From Leptospira sp. (GTDB lineage Bacteria > Spirochaetota > Leptospiria > Leptospirales > Leptospiraceae), in NCBI GenBank assembly GCA_034439575.1, contig JAWXAQ010000008.1:64001-128000 (forward strand): a stretch of DNA of 64,000 bases. The letters are read 5' to 3'. This document shows, in pieces, positions 41,062 to 51,937 of the stretch (its first letter is position 1; the number at the start of each line of letters is the position of its first letter). The notes beneath the pieces are model-generated. The model was not told the DNA's origin, ran no database searches, and saw nothing but the letters and a program-made list of their open reading frames with translations. The position numbers and the translations under genes were made by a program.

Positions 41062-42243
41062 TTACCTGATTACGGATTCTTTGATGAGTTTCAAAAAATC
41101 ATTTTTGATGAACATTTTTTCTCTATCATCACCATAGCGGACAATGATCATATCTAGGCTAGGGATCACATACATACTTTGACCCCAATGTCCTAAAGCG
41201 GCAAAAGTATCTTTTGGAGCATCTGGCCAAGCTTCGGGCACTCCTCTTTCCGGTATACCCGTGTTAGCATACCAATGCGAAGTATAATTGTCCTTTGGGA
41301 GATCTTCATAATAGGATGTAGTTTTATAAGCGGGAGAAGGTGTCATTGTAAAATTTACCCAAGACTCTGGAAGTAATCGATTTCCTTCCCAGACTCCATC
41401 ATTCAAATAAAGATAACCGATTTTTGCTAGATCCCTTGCCGTCAAATATAGATAAGATGAACCTACAAAAGTTCCTGACGCATCTTGTTCAAAAGTGGCA
41501 TTTTTGATTCCTAAAGGAGCAAACAGCTGTTTGAAGGGGAGGTCGTTGTATTCATCTTTTCCATATACATTCTTTAATATCGCAGAAAGAATGTTTGTAT
41601 CACAGCTAGAATAATACACTTGAGTTCCAGGCTCAGCTCTGAGAGGAAGTCCACTACAATAAGTTCCCATATCTTTTCTGCCACGAGTATATAACATGGC
41701 GATGACACTCGACTTTAGAGGGCCACTTTCGTATCCTTCTTCTGCATCAAGACCTGATGACATATTGAGTAAGTGTCGAATTGTAATTTTTTTATGCGCC
41801 TCATCTTTGCCAAGTGTATCAAAATGATAATAACCAGGATCATCCAATTTGAGTACGTCATTTTTTATAGCTATGCCATACATTGCTTGTAAGATACTTT
41901 TTGAGACTGACCATGTTAGGTGAAGTTTGTCTTTATCAAAATTTCTCGCATATCTTTCATAAATGATTTTTCCATTTCTAATGATGACGACCGCATCTGT
42001 TCGTCTTCCTTTGCGATCCGTATCATCACCGGTTCTTTGAAATGCATATTCATCAACTAACTTAAGTTTATCTCCCGACACACCAACTGTTTCGGGTTTG
42101 GTTTCTTTCCATCCGTCTGTCGGCCATTCTGGTTTTTGACGTAAAGGCAAGGAAGACACTTCCGGAGCGCCGCCATATGGACTTAAATCTTTACCACATT
42201 GGATCAGTAGTAATAAAGATAAGTAGATAAAGATCTTTTGCAT
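41062..42243 (-). CDS. Serine hydrolase, beta-lactamase family, lipoprotein
   Basis: LLIQC lipobox; WSVSK (SxxK); LLNMSSGL; YSS; start moved to ATG 42243. Confidence 0.88.
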   Translation of the reverse strand: MQKIFIYLSLLLLIQCGKDLSPYGGAPEVSSLPLRQKPEWPTDGWKETKPETVGVSGDKLKLVDEYAFQRTGDDTDRKGRRTDAVVIIRNGKIIYERYARNFDKDKLHLTWSVSKSILQAMYGIAIKNDVLKLDDPGYYHFDTLGKDEAHKKITIRHLLNMSSGLDAEEGYESGPLKSSVIAMLYTRGRKDMGTYCSGLPLRAEPGTQVYYSSCDTNILSAILKNVYGKDEYNDLPFKQLFAPLGIKNATFEQDASGTFVGSSYLYLTARDLAKIGYLYLNDGVWEGNRLLPESWVNFTMTPSPAYKTTSYYEDLPKDNYTSHWYANTGIPERGVPEAWPDAPKDTFAALGHWGQSMYVIPSLDMIIVRYGDDREKMFIKNDFLKLIKESVIR

Positions 42244-42312
42244 GATTTGACCATCTGTAAGTTTTTGATCGTCATAGATTAAGATAAGTTTTTCAAAAGA
42301 ACAAATCAAAAA

Positions 42313-42732
42313 TTATAGTTTTGATTTTTTTGCGTATCCTTGCAAACGATTGACCATGGATGTTAGACCATTGCGCCGAGAAATGGAAAGGAACTTGGAA
42401 AGCCCTATATCATCTATAAATTGTAGCGAAGCCTCTGCTATTTCTTCAGGAGTGTGGTTTGAAAATACACGAATCAGAATCGCGATTAATCCTTTTGTCA
42501 AAGCTGTATCGCTATCTGCAAAAAATGTTAGGTTTTCTCCCTGTACATTTGGATAAAGCCAGACCTTTGATTGGCACCCTGGAACAAGAAATTCTTCGGA
42601 TCGTTTTTCGTTTGGATAAACGGGAAGTTCTTCTCCGAGTTCAATCAGATATTGAAATTTTTCTTCCCAATCAGTAAGGTCAGCAAACTCTAAGATAACT
42701 TCTTTTTGAATTTCTTCTATGGACTTTGTCAT
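42313..42732 (-). CDS. sufE: SufE family Fe-S assembly protein
   Basis: VPGCQSKVW, ADSD, LSISRRNGL. Confidence 0.93.
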   Translation of the reverse strand: MTKSIEEIQKEVILEFADLTDWEEKFQYLIELGEELPVYPNEKRSEEFLVPGCQSKVWLYPNVQGENLTFFADSDTALTKGLIAILIRVFSNHTPEEIAEASLQFIDDIGLSKFLSISRRNGLTSMVNRLQGYAKKSKL

Positions 42733-42734
42733 AT

Positions 42735-43091
42735 CTATTTTTTTGACTCAGGGAACGAAGAGAATTTTTCTTTCTTTCGCATATAGAATTTTGGAACTTT
42801 TTCTCCCGGAATTTTTATCTCAACTCTGTTTTCCGTTGTGGCCCATAACTCCGCTGGTATGCCGTCTAAGTCGAATAAGTATTCCACACGAGTTCGTAAG
42901 GTGAGGTCATATTCTTTCTCGTTCATAAATAGTTTTTTGTTTTCAAAATCTACAAATAAGCATAACGGAGGTTTAGCGAGAACATAACAAAATTCTCCTT
43001 TTTTGGGAACTCCCTTATGAAAGAGACCGCATGCTAAGTGTAAACTAAAAGTTAATAGTAGTAAAGAATTTAGTAAAAACATAAATTTCAC
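42735..43091 (-). CDS. Hypothetical protein, possible lipoprotein
   Basis: Signal-like N-terminus ending HLAC; coupled to its neighbours. Confidence 0.6.
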   Translation of the reverse strand: MKFMFLLNSLLLLTFSLHLACGLFHKGVPKKGEFCYVLAKPPLCLFVDFENKKLFMNEKEYDLTLRTRVEYLFDLDGIPAELWATTENRVEIKIPGEKVPKFYMRKKEKFSSFPESKK

Positions 43092-44098
43092 TTAAGTGGA
43101 CCAATCTCCAATTTTGTTTTTGAAGTGGGTCTTTCTTTTACCATTTGCCTCACAAGTGCTATGATCTCTAGATTTTTCTTTCCTGTTTTTTCATAGTATG
43201 CTTCGAGTAAGTCGATGCCTTTTTGGGTGAGGTTTTGCATATGAAATATAGTAGCTTCTGTGCAAATCGCAGTTTCTGTAATTTTATCTGGATTTTCTGT
43301 TTTCGCGCTTCTTAACAGAGATAAAGAAGCAACATAATCCTTTTTATAATATTTGCCCATGCCTCTTAAGAAATTTTCTTCTCTAGGGGAAAACTTAATT
43401 TCTCCTTTATAATTGGCCTGTTTTGTTGTTTCGATAATCTTTTCTAGACCAATTGCATCTCCCGCCTGCATCATGTTAAATGTCATTAGCCATATATACA
43501 TAGATTGGAATTCGGGAGAAAGTTTTTCTGAATCTATATCACTATAATCTTTTGTGAGTGTGATGGGTTTTTTTACTTGTCTGTGTGTTTCCGTTAAAAA
43601 CAAAAGTGCTCTATTGTTGTCCCAATCTTGAAAAGGTGAAGTTGATAGAGCTTCCGCTTGCCTAACTTTCCAAAAAATTTGGTCCATAGTTTCTTCTGAT
43701 AATTGTGTGCGACCTATAAAATCAGAAAAATTGGAACCCAGATTTAATACTAAACTGGATGAATCAAAAACTATGCCAAGTCTTACCAAATTCCAAAATA
43801 AACTTCTTCCGATTAGGTGGGATGCGACCGGATCTATCGGATCTTTTTCTAAATACGTTTCTGCTACAGATTGAAAATCTAAAATATCCTGTTCTCTTAG
43901 GTTTTGTGTTTTCCAGAGTTCGATAATTTTATCTTTCGACTTTTCGGCTCGAATACTTTGGTCACGGGCAAATAAAAAGTAAATATCACGACGATAAAAA
44001 TAACCAAGTGTTATGATTCCTAAAAGAAAAATTAGAAAAAACCAATTTGATTTTGATTTCTTTTTTCTATGAGGTTCGTATCTAGAATAAATTACCAT
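43088..44098 (-). CDS. Membrane-anchored TPR-like hypothetical protein
   Basis: Single TM then helical repeats; start set at ATG 44098. Confidence 0.65.
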   Translation of the reverse strand: MVIYSRYEPHRKKKSKSNWFFLIFLLGIITLGYFYRRDIYFLFARDQSIRAEKSKDKIIELWKTQNLREQDILDFQSVAETYLEKDPIDPVASHLIGRSLFWNLVRLGIVFDSSSLVLNLGSNFSDFIGRTQLSEETMDQIFWKVRQAEALSTSPFQDWDNNRALLFLTETHRQVKKPITLTKDYSDIDSEKLSPEFQSMYIWLMTFNMMQAGDAIGLEKIIETTKQANYKGEIKFSPREENFLRGMGKYYKKDYVASLSLLRSAKTENPDKITETAICTEATIFHMQNLTQKGIDLLEAYYEKTGKKNLEIIALVRQMVKERPTSKTKLEIGPLK

Positions 44099-44168
44099 AC
44101 GCACTTTCCATTTTTTTTTTACCTCCCCACTTGACACGGCTTTTTCTTTGTGATTTAGTGTGAGGGGT

Positions 44169-44348
44169 ATGGAAGAAGAAATTTTAGACGACGATGAATT
44201 TGATGTAGAGAGCCTAAATGAAGATGGGGTTACCTACGCTTGTGAAGATTGTGACCACCGTTGGGAGGCTGATACGGAAGAGGACTACTTGGATTCATGG
44301 GAATTGATCTGCCCCATGTGCGGTTCTGCGAACATCACAGAATTATAG
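44169..44348 (+). CDS. Small acidic zinc-ribbon protein
   Basis: CEDC...CPMC; purine-rich GAGGGG before ATG 44169. Confidence 0.7.
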   Translation: MEEEILDDDEFDVESLNEDGVTYACEDCDHRWEADTEEDYLDSWELICPMCGSANITEL

Positions 44349-44352
44349 ATAA

Positions 44353-44895
44353 TTGTTCCGGTTTGGATTTTATCTTCTTTTTTATTTAACTGCTCTATTT
44401 TCAATTAGTAGCGAAGAAATTTCTTTTAAATATGTTCATGAAGAATATAAAAAAGGAAACTATGAAACTGTCTCTCGACTAACAAAGAAATTTTTAAAAT
44501 CAACGGACACAGATACCGACCCCCGGTTTTTCTTTTTATATGTTTCTACAGAAAAAGATTGGTTAAGTCTTAAAAAGACAGTGCAATTGGTAGCCCCTAC
44601 CTTATCAAAAAATTCAACATTCTATTGGAATGCCATTTATCTTTTTATGGAAAAAGCACTTGTTCTTGGGGAAAGTGATTTGCTAATCAAATATGGTAAA
44701 ATATTTCAAAAAGAAGGAAAGGCATCTGACCGTTATACTGACGCTTTATTTATGTTAGCTTATGGTCTATCCGATTTAAAGAATACAGCAGAAGCATTGA
44801 AAGTTTTAGAAGAACTTGAAAAACTAAATCTGAGTGAAAAACTGAAAAACCAAGTTACAGAACTTAACGAAGAAATTAAGGGAAGTAAAATTTAA
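44353..44895 (+). CDS. Secreted TPR-like hypothetical protein
   Basis: Signal peptide; DALFMLAY TPR-like helix. Confidence 0.65.
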   Translation: MFRFGFYLLFYLTALFSISSEEISFKYVHEEYKKGNYETVSRLTKKFLKSTDTDTDPRFFFLYVSTEKDWLSLKKTVQLVAPTLSKNSTFYWNAIYLFMEKALVLGESDLLIKYGKIFQKEGKASDRYTDALFMLAYGLSDLKNTAEALKVLEELEKLNLSEKLKNQVTELNEEIKGSKI

Positions 44896-45491
44896 TGAAA
44901 TCTCTCCGTGTAGCAGGTGGTAAGTGGAAAGGCAAAGAAATTCCTGCGCCCGAGGAAGTATCAGGTCATCTAAATTTTACAAATAGTCTTATGAAAAAAT
45001 CAATATTTGATCTTATTGATTCAAAATTAGAAGTTTGGAATCTAGATATTGACCAGGCATTGTTTTGTGACTATTTTTCAGGTTCGGGCCAAATTGCAGC
45101 CGAGGCATATAGCCGAGGTTATCAAAAAATTTTGGTGTATGAATTGGACCAGAAACGATTTTCATCTTTACTGAGTTTGTTTAAAGGCTTAGTCAACATT
45201 AAACTTTTCAGAAAGGATGCCACAAAACACGCATTAAAATGGGAAATCTCTACCGAATCAGCATATATTTTTTATTTGGATCCGCCGTATACTTATTGGT
45301 CTGTCACACCAGATAGAATGCACAATATGATTGTTAGTCTTTATCAATATCTTAAAACTTTAGAAAAACCATTCGTTATACTTTCTCAAATTCCGGAACG
45401 ACAGAAAGTAGATAAAATTTGGGAAGGATTGCCATTTAAAGAAAGAGAATATGGAAGCCATTCTTTAATTGAATTAACGAGTGATAGCTGA
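44895..45491 (+). CDS. rsmD: RsmD-family methyltransferase
   Basis: LRVAGGKWKG, DYFSGSG..EAYSRG, LDPPY, REYG. Confidence 0.8.
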   Translation: MKSLRVAGGKWKGKEIPAPEEVSGHLNFTNSLMKKSIFDLIDSKLEVWNLDIDQALFCDYFSGSGQIAAEAYSRGYQKILVYELDQKRFSSLLSLFKGLVNIKLFRKDATKHALKWEISTESAYIFYLDPPYTYWSVTPDRMHNMIVSLYQYLKTLEKPFVILSQIPERQKVDKIWEGLPFKEREYGSHSLIELTSDS

Positions 45492-45502
45492 AAAAATAGA
45501 TA

Positions 45503-47614
45503 ATGAAATTCGTATTCGTTATTTGTTTGTTAACTTTTAGTTTGCCAAAATATGCAAACGAAACTTTGCCTGATTATTTTTCTGTAAAATCAAATTATAA
45601 GCCATCTGATATTTTGTATTTTGATCGAAATGAAAATCCATTCCAATCCGTTCGCGTAAGAAATGATTACCGTTCCGAAGAATGGTTTGATTTGGAAGAA
45701 ATCTCTCCTTTATTAATTAATGCTGTGATTTTCTCAGAGGATCAGAAATTCTATGAGCATAGTGGAGTCGATAGTGTAGCCTTTCTTGGTTCTCTTTGGA
45801 ATTGGATATTTGGAAGAACACTTAGAGGTGGTTCCACCATTAGCATGCAGTTAGTCGGAATTTTAGAACCAGATTTAAAGTTAAAAAAAGGAAAAAGATC
45901 TCTTCCACAAAAGTTAAAACAGATTCAAAAAGCAACTTCTCTTGAAGAAATATGGACGAAAAAACAAATATTAACTGCCTACTTCAATTTAGTTTTTTTT
46001 CGGGGGGAACTACGTGGAATTGGTTCTGCAGCAAAGGGTCTTTTTAATAAAAAGCCATTGCACTTAACGGAAAATGAATCGTATATTCTTGCCGCATTGA
46101 TTCGTTCTCCCGAAGGAAACATTGAAAAAGTGACCCAAAGATCTTGTTTGATTCAAAAACAAATGAATTTAGATAAAACAAACGATTGCGAAATTCTTGC
46201 ACATTTAGCCAAACAAGCGTTATATAAAAATTCGAGTTATTCTTCCTCACCCAATTTCGGAAAACACTTTATAAAACAATTCCTAAGTGAGAATAATAAT
46301 ACTAAAAATCTCAGCATTTCGAAAATACATCAAAGTAAATTTGAAAAAATTCTTAAAAATCAAATTGCACCGCTACGCAAACAGATGGTAGACGATGGTG
46401 CTATTCTTGTTCTGCACAATAGAACGGGAGAAGTCATCGCTTATGTAGCGAATACTGGAACAGAAAGTGAAGTTTCAGAATTGGACTTAATTCAAACCAA
46501 AAGGCAAGCGGGATCAACTTTGAAACCATTTGTGTATGCACAAAGTTTCGAAGAATCAAAGTTAACGCCTACATCAATTTTGAATGATGCGCCAATAGAC
46601 ATTCCTGTTTTTAGAGGAATATATAGACCTTTAAACTATGATAAGTCTTTTAAAGGAAAAGTAACTGTGAGAGAAAGTTTGGGATCTTCTTTGAATATTC
46701 CAGCTGTGCGTACATTATCGTATTTAGATATGGGTATGTTTTTAAATACCCTTGCAAATTTAGGTTTTAAAAAACTCGCTTATCCAGAATTTTATGGACC
46801 ATCCCTTGCTCTTGGAACGGCTGATGTATCTTTATGGGAATTAACAAATGCGTATCGAACACTTGCCAATGGTGGAGAATTCTCGGAACCAAGTGTTACT
46901 CTCGAAGAAAAACTCAATTCACCTAACAATAGTAAAAAGAAAAGTCTTAGGATCTTTCGAGAATCTGTATCTTTTTTAATTACAAATATTCTTTCCGATC
47001 GCGAAGCTAGGTCTCTTAGTTTTGGATGGGAAAATAATCTTTCGACTCCATTTTTTACGGCCGTCAAAACAGGAACGAGCCAAGATATGCGTGATAATTG
47101 GTGTGTTGGGTATTCCAGTGAATATACTGTGGGAGTATGGGTCGGAAATACTAAGGGTATACCTATGCGAGATGTAAGTGGTGTTTCTGGTGCGGGTCCG
47201 ATTTGGCGTGAAGTTATGGAAGAATTGCATTATGAAACACCATCCAAAAAGCCCTTACCACCGCAAGGTGTTGTTTATTCAAAGCTTAAAAATTCATATT
47301 ATGAATCTGGAATGGAATTGATTGAGGATGAAGTGAATAGTTTTAGGAATCATAATCAAAGCATACCTTTTAAGATTGAATCACCAACGGATTCTGCTAT
47401 ATTTGCATATGACTATGATATTCCCAAAAGCCAACAACGTATTTTGTTTAGACTAAATAAATATGATCAAAATCTAATTTGGGTTTTAAATGGCAAACGC
47501 TTAGAAAATGCTAGAGATGCCTTGCTTTGGAATGTTGAGAAAGGTATTTTTATACTAGAACTAATAGATAAGAATGAGAAAACGATTGATAAAATTAATT
47601 TTGAAGTAAGATAA
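45503..47614 (+). CDS. pbpC: Penicillin-binding protein 1C
   Basis: EDQKFYEHSGVD, GGSTISMQ (transglycosylase); GSTLKPF, SLN, KTG (transpeptidase); PBP1C-type C-terminal domain. Confidence 0.85.
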   Translation: MKFVFVICLLTFSLPKYANETLPDYFSVKSNYKPSDILYFDRNENPFQSVRVRNDYRSEEWFDLEEISPLLINAVIFSEDQKFYEHSGVDSVAFLGSLWNWIFGRTLRGGSTISMQLVGILEPDLKLKKGKRSLPQKLKQIQKATSLEEIWTKKQILTAYFNLVFFRGELRGIGSAAKGLFNKKPLHLTENESYILAALIRSPEGNIEKVTQRSCLIQKQMNLDKTNDCEILAHLAKQALYKNSSYSSSPNFGKHFIKQFLSENNNTKNLSISKIHQSKFEKILKNQIAPLRKQMVDDGAILVLHNRTGEVIAYVANTGTESEVSELDLIQTKRQAGSTLKPFVYAQSFEESKLTPTSILNDAPIDIPVFRGIYRPLNYDKSFKGKVTVRESLGSSLNIPAVRTLSYLDMGMFLNTLANLGFKKLAYPEFYGPSLALGTADVSLWELTNAYRTLANGGEFSEPSVTLEEKLNSPNNSKKKSLRIFRESVSFLITNILSDREARSLSFGWENNLSTPFFTAVKTGTSQDMRDNWCVGYSSEYTVGVWVGNTKGIPMRDVSGVSGAGPIWREVMEELHYETPSKKPLPPQGVVYSKLKNSYYESGMELIEDEVNSFRNHNQSIPFKIESPTDSAIFAYDYDIPKSQQRILFRLNKYDQNLIWVLNGKRLENARDALLWNVEKGIFILELIDKNEKTIDKINFEVR

Positions 47615-47620
47615 TTCTTA

Positions 47621-48046
47621 ATGGCAAAACCTATAAAATACAAACATAGATACTTTCAACAAGTTGCATGGGGAGAAATGGATGCATTTGGCCATGTGAA
47701 TAATGTAACCTATGTTAGGTATTTTGAGTCTGCAAGAGCTGACTATTTTTCCGCCGAAATATTGTGGGAATCTCCTTTAAAACCAGCCAAAGCCGGTCCA
47801 GTTTTAACACATTTAGATATGGATTATCGCAAACAGGTTGTATTTCCTGCCACTTTAGAAATCACTCTGGAAGTGGATTCCATATCTTCTCGTGGTTTTA
47901 GTGTTATATGTTCAATGTGGAATCAAAGTGATGAGTGTGTTGCGACTGCAAGTGCAGGTCTTGTATGGTTTGATTTTCAATCCAATCGTCCCGCTCAAAT
48001 TCCAGTTATCTTTCACCAAAAATTTGGAAATAAGAAAGAAAATTAA
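47621..48046 (+). CDS. Acyl-CoA thioesterase (4HBT/YbgC family)
   Basis: WGEMDAFGHVNNVTYVRYFESAR. Confidence 0.9.
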   Translation: MAKPIKYKHRYFQQVAWGEMDAFGHVNNVTYVRYFESARADYFSAEILWESPLKPAKAGPVLTHLDMDYRKQVVFPATLEITLEVDSISSRGFSVICSMWNQSDECVATASAGLVWFDFQSNRPAQIPVIFHQKFGNKKEN

Positions 48047-48062
48047 ATATGGTATGTGATTT

Positions 48063-49352
48063 ATGAGCAATAAACGAAAAGAGATAGACAAGTTCCGGTT
48101 AGACGAAGAGGTATTAAAAATATCTCGCATCTGTTTGGCAGTTTTTGTCGCTTTTATCGGATTTGGAATTTTTGCTCCGACGGAAGAACTCGGACTTTAT
48201 GATCCGGCTTGGATTCGCATAGTACATTCTGGAATCACTTTAATTTTTATATTTTTAACATATGTCTCAAGTATTGTCAGAAAATACATTCAGCCAATTA
48301 TGCTCGTATTTTTTTATACTATGAGTGGTCATTCCTTAATTTTACTTTATTGGAATTCACTTTACATCGGTTATTTGGTGGGTATGATTTTGGTCATTAC
48401 TTGTATAGGTGTAAGTTTTGTAGAACGTCGATGGTTAGTTCATTATTTGGGTTTTGTGATTTCTGTTGGAATTTTGGTCGGAATTTATTCAGAAAAACCT
48501 CAAGTTGATTTGTCTTTATATTTATCATCCATATTAACGCCTGCTATTGTTTCATACCTTACTCTTAATGTTCGATTAAGTTCTGTAGAGAAATTGCGCG
48601 AATCGCAAATACAGTTAAAATCTTTCCATGATCGGATTAGTAATGATTTGGAAATGGCACAAGAAACTCAAAATAATTTGGTAACAAAAGAATGGCCAAA
48701 GACCAAAGGTTTTAAATGTAGTACATTTTTTAAGTCATTTGAAAAAGTAGGCGGAGATGCTATAAGTTTTTTAGTTCGACCAGATAATAAGTTCGTCCTA
48801 TTTTTCGCTGACGTCGCAGGGCATGGTATAGCATCTGCTATGGTTTCAGCTATGGCGGTATTATCTTTTAAAACTCATGCTTTAAATGAACCAGATCCAG
48901 CAAAATGTTTAAAAGCCATGCATATAGATCTCATATCACTGGTTAGAACAAATCATATTAGTGCATGTATTGTTTATTATTCTCCAGAGGACAAAAAAAT
49001 TACTTATTGTTATGCGGGTCATCCCCCTCTGTTGCATTTACATTCTGGAAATGAAGTGAATCTATTGGAAGGAAATGGTACTTTGATCGTTTCACCCCTA
49101 GAACCTAAATTAAAGAATTTTCAAAAACAATTGGAAAGTGGAGACAAAATTCTTTTTTACTCAGATGGTATAAGTGATGTTTATGACGAAGAGGAAGTGG
49201 AATTCGGAATGCTTCGTCTTATAGAAAGCTTTAAAAAAAATGCAAGTTTATCTGGTGAAATTTTATTACAATCTATATTTGATGAAGCGATTTCTTATTC
49301 GAATCAAATTGCTTCAGATGATATGAGTATGTTGGTATTTGAAATCGAATGA
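48063..49352 (+). CDS. Membrane PP2C/SpoIIE phosphatase
   Basis: About six TM helices; VGGD, DVAGHG, AGHPP, YSDG, DDMS. Confidence 0.9.
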   Translation: MSNKRKEIDKFRLDEEVLKISRICLAVFVAFIGFGIFAPTEELGLYDPAWIRIVHSGITLIFIFLTYVSSIVRKYIQPIMLVFFYTMSGHSLILLYWNSLYIGYLVGMILVITCIGVSFVERRWLVHYLGFVISVGILVGIYSEKPQVDLSLYLSSILTPAIVSYLTLNVRLSSVEKLRESQIQLKSFHDRISNDLEMAQETQNNLVTKEWPKTKGFKCSTFFKSFEKVGGDAISFLVRPDNKFVLFFADVAGHGIASAMVSAMAVLSFKTHALNEPDPAKCLKAMHIDLISLVRTNHISACIVYYSPEDKKITYCYAGHPPLLHLHSGNEVNLLEGNGTLIVSPLEPKLKNFQKQLESGDKILFYSDGISDVYDEEEVEFGMLRLIESFKKNASLSGEILLQSIFDEAISYSNQIASDDMSMLVFEIE

Positions 49353-50491
49353 AAATAAACACATTGCTCCTTCCTTTTCGCTGGTTCAAACAAGAATTCA
49401 TTCCTTTTCGGATATTAGATAAATATTTATTTTTTGATTTTTTAAAGAATTTTTTAGGAACCCTTATCCTATTAACTTCAATGATTATTATATACGAATT
49501 TACGAATAACATGAAATACCTCGTATCTTCGAAAGTTGATCAACAACACGTATATCTTTATATTTTATTTTCAGTTCCTGGAATGCTTGTGCAAGTAGTT
49601 TCCCCTGCGCTTATGTTTTCTGTATGTTTTGTAGTAGGTCAGTATAGCGTCAATAAAGAGTTAGTTGCAATTATGGTTGCCGGCGTTTCATTTTTAAGAA
49701 TCATTACTCCGATTTTGTTTTTTGGATTTTGTATTTGGATATTTATGTCATTCTTTACGCAATTTGTTGTAATACCTTCAAATAAAAAAGCGCAAATAGA
49801 ATATAGCTATATGATTAAGGGTGCGAACAAACTAGTTGATTTCGTTTACCAATTGCACATCAAAGGAAAAAACGGATTCTATTATGTGTATTGGATTGAT
49901 GAAAAAGAAAATATAGTGAAAGGCGGATTTAATTACATCGATATCAGTCCTGAAGGTTTGCCAAACTATGTTGTATCTTCACAAAAGGCACAATTTATTC
50001 CCAACCCTCACCATTGGACATTATTCGATGCAGAAGAAATTCGGTTCAATAAAGATTTAGAAATCATTTCCCGTGAAAAATTTTCTTCGAAGGACTATCC
50101 GTTTCCAGAAGATGTAAGTTATTTTTCAAAACCTACAAGAAATCCTGAGCAGATGAATTTTTTTGAACTGGCAGAAGAAATTGAATCGAGAATCATCAAA
50201 GGGATACCATATCGTGATGTGATCGTCCAAAGGCATGCAACATTTGCTATGCCATTAATGTCGTTTGTGGTTGTCGCCTTAGGCGCATTAGCTGGAGCGA
50301 TTACAAAGAGATCAGCGGGTGTTGCTTCTCTGGGATTGACTATTGCTGTTGTCCTACTGTATTATATCTTATATTCGACGATGAAGACCTTGGCTGAAAA
50401 TGGGGGGCTACCTATTTGGTTTGGAATATGGTTTACTCCGACTCTTTTTATTTCAGCCGCCTATATTCTGTATAGGCGAATGAATATATAA
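49349..50491 (+). CDS. LptF/LptG family LPS export permease
   Basis: ILDKY, ELVAIMVAGVS..RI..P; 3+3 TM helices around a periplasmic domain. Confidence 0.88.
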   Translation: MKINTLLLPFRWFKQEFIPFRILDKYLFFDFLKNFLGTLILLTSMIIIYEFTNNMKYLVSSKVDQQHVYLYILFSVPGMLVQVVSPALMFSVCFVVGQYSVNKELVAIMVAGVSFLRIITPILFFGFCIWIFMSFFTQFVVIPSNKKAQIEYSYMIKGANKLVDFVYQLHIKGKNGFYYVYWIDEKENIVKGGFNYIDISPEGLPNYVVSSQKAQFIPNPHHWTLFDAEEIRFNKDLEIISREKFSSKDYPFPEDVSYFSKPTRNPEQMNFFELAEEIESRIIKGIPYRDVIVQRHATFAMPLMSFVVVALGALAGAITKRSAGVASLGLTIAVVLLYYILYSTMKTLAENGGLPIWFGIWFTPTLFISAAYILYRRMNI

Positions 50492-50492
50492 A

Positions 50493-51935
50493 TTATTCGG
50501 TAAGGAATATTCTTTTATACAAATCTGTTTGTAAAATACCTTTCGGATCATATTTTTTCTTAAGAGTTTTGAATTTTTTCAGGTTTTCCTTCGGAAAATA
50601 AGATTCCATAATTCGTTTTCTGAGGGTTGAATCTTTGGCAAAGTAAAATTTGCCTCTATTTCGAATCACGACTTCATCCATCGCATAACATAGATTCCAT
50701 AACTTTTCACGATTTCTTTTTGTCACTGGAAAATCCATAGCCATCGAATAACCATCTACAGAATGGGTGAGTAAAAATGGGTCTGGTTTATGTTTTTTGA
50801 AAACTGACAAATAATTAATGATCCCTGCTTTTTGTCCAAGTTCAAATAATTCTTTCATGGCTTCTTTCGCAGTTTCTTTTGGAAGGAAAACTTGGTATTG
50901 AATCATGGCACCTGGTTTGTAAATAAATTTCCAATTTGGTACATAATCAAGTAAGAATGCGTATTCTGCATGACCCTGGAAATAATCTTTGTGATTCACT
51001 AAAATACTTGCCACGTACTTTGCATAATTTATAAGTCGCATGCCTAAATTGAAACTAAATGGTTTCATTAATATCCACATCCATTTTTTAGGAATAACAA
51101 AGAATAGGCGAGAAGGTAGATGTTGGTTTTCCAATTTACAATTTTCAGGAAAATCTGGATCTTCTCCTGGTTTAAGATTCACCGCTTTATGAATCTGACC
51201 TCGACCCAAAGATTTTCCGCTACCAAAGGCATCAATCCATCCCACGAGGTAATCGGATTTTTTATATTCCTCTTCAAAATAAGTAAATAATTCATCAAAA
51301 TTTTTAACTACAACTGGTGTGATTTTCATTTTGCCAGCATATATTTTTTTCATTTTGATTTTGATTGTAAGAAAGCAACCTAACATACCAAAACCGGAAA
51401 TGGCAGAATAAAATAGATCCGAATTTGTTTTTGGAGAACATTTGAGAATTTCCCCCTTCGCCGTAAGAAAAGTGAACTCTAAGATATGTTCACCGATAGT
51501 TCCGACTTGAAAGTTATTTTTGCCATGGATATTCATTGAGAGTGCACCACCTAATGTCGGCATCATGGTGCCAGAGACGACGGGTGGCCAATATCCTTTT
51601 TCGATTCCTGTTTGCCAAAGATCACGGATTCGTGCGCCTGATTGGACTGTCATAATTCCAGTTTTGGTATCGAAATCTAATACTTTGTTAAATGATGTTA
51701 GATCTAGTACGATGCCATCTACATTTGTGGAAGCATCCCCATAACTACAACCACCACCTCTTAGGGCTATTTTGATTTGATTTTGATTTGCCCACAAAAA
51801 AATATCTTTGATTTCTGCATCTGTTGTCGGTCGTAGAACAGAGCTTAGAGAGTAGGAACTCATTCCCCAAGCTTCTACTTTTTCTGATTTAGGTAATTGT
51901 ATCTCGGGATTTTTTTTTGATTTTTTACTAAGCAT
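50493..51935 (-). CDS. FAD-linked oxidoreductase, DprE1-like
   Basis: [41 protein letters not shown]. Confidence 0.8.
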   Translation of the reverse strand: MLSKKSKKNPEIQLPKSEKVEAWGMSSYSLSSVLRPTTDAEIKDIFLWANQNQIKIALRGGGCSYGDASTNVDGIVLDLTSFNKVLDFDTKTGIMTVQSGARIRDLWQTGIEKGYWPPVVSGTMMPTLGGALSMNIHGKNNFQVGTIGEHILEFTFLTAKGEILKCSPKTNSDLFYSAISGFGMLGCFLTIKIKMKKIYAGKMKITPVVVKNFDELFTYFEEEYKKSDYLVGWIDAFGSGKSLGRGQIHKAVNLKPGEDPDFPENCKLENQHLPSRLFFVIPKKWMWILMKPFSFNLGMRLINYAKYVASILVNHKDYFQGHAEYAFLLDYVPNWKFIYKPGAMIQYQVFLPKETAKEAMKELFELGQKAGIINYLSVFKKHKPDPFLLTHSVDGYSMAMDFPVTKRNREKLWNLCYAMDEVVIRNRGKFYFAKDSTLRKRIMESYFPKENLKKFKTLKKKYDPKGILQTDLYKRIFLTE

Positions 51936-51937
51936 AT

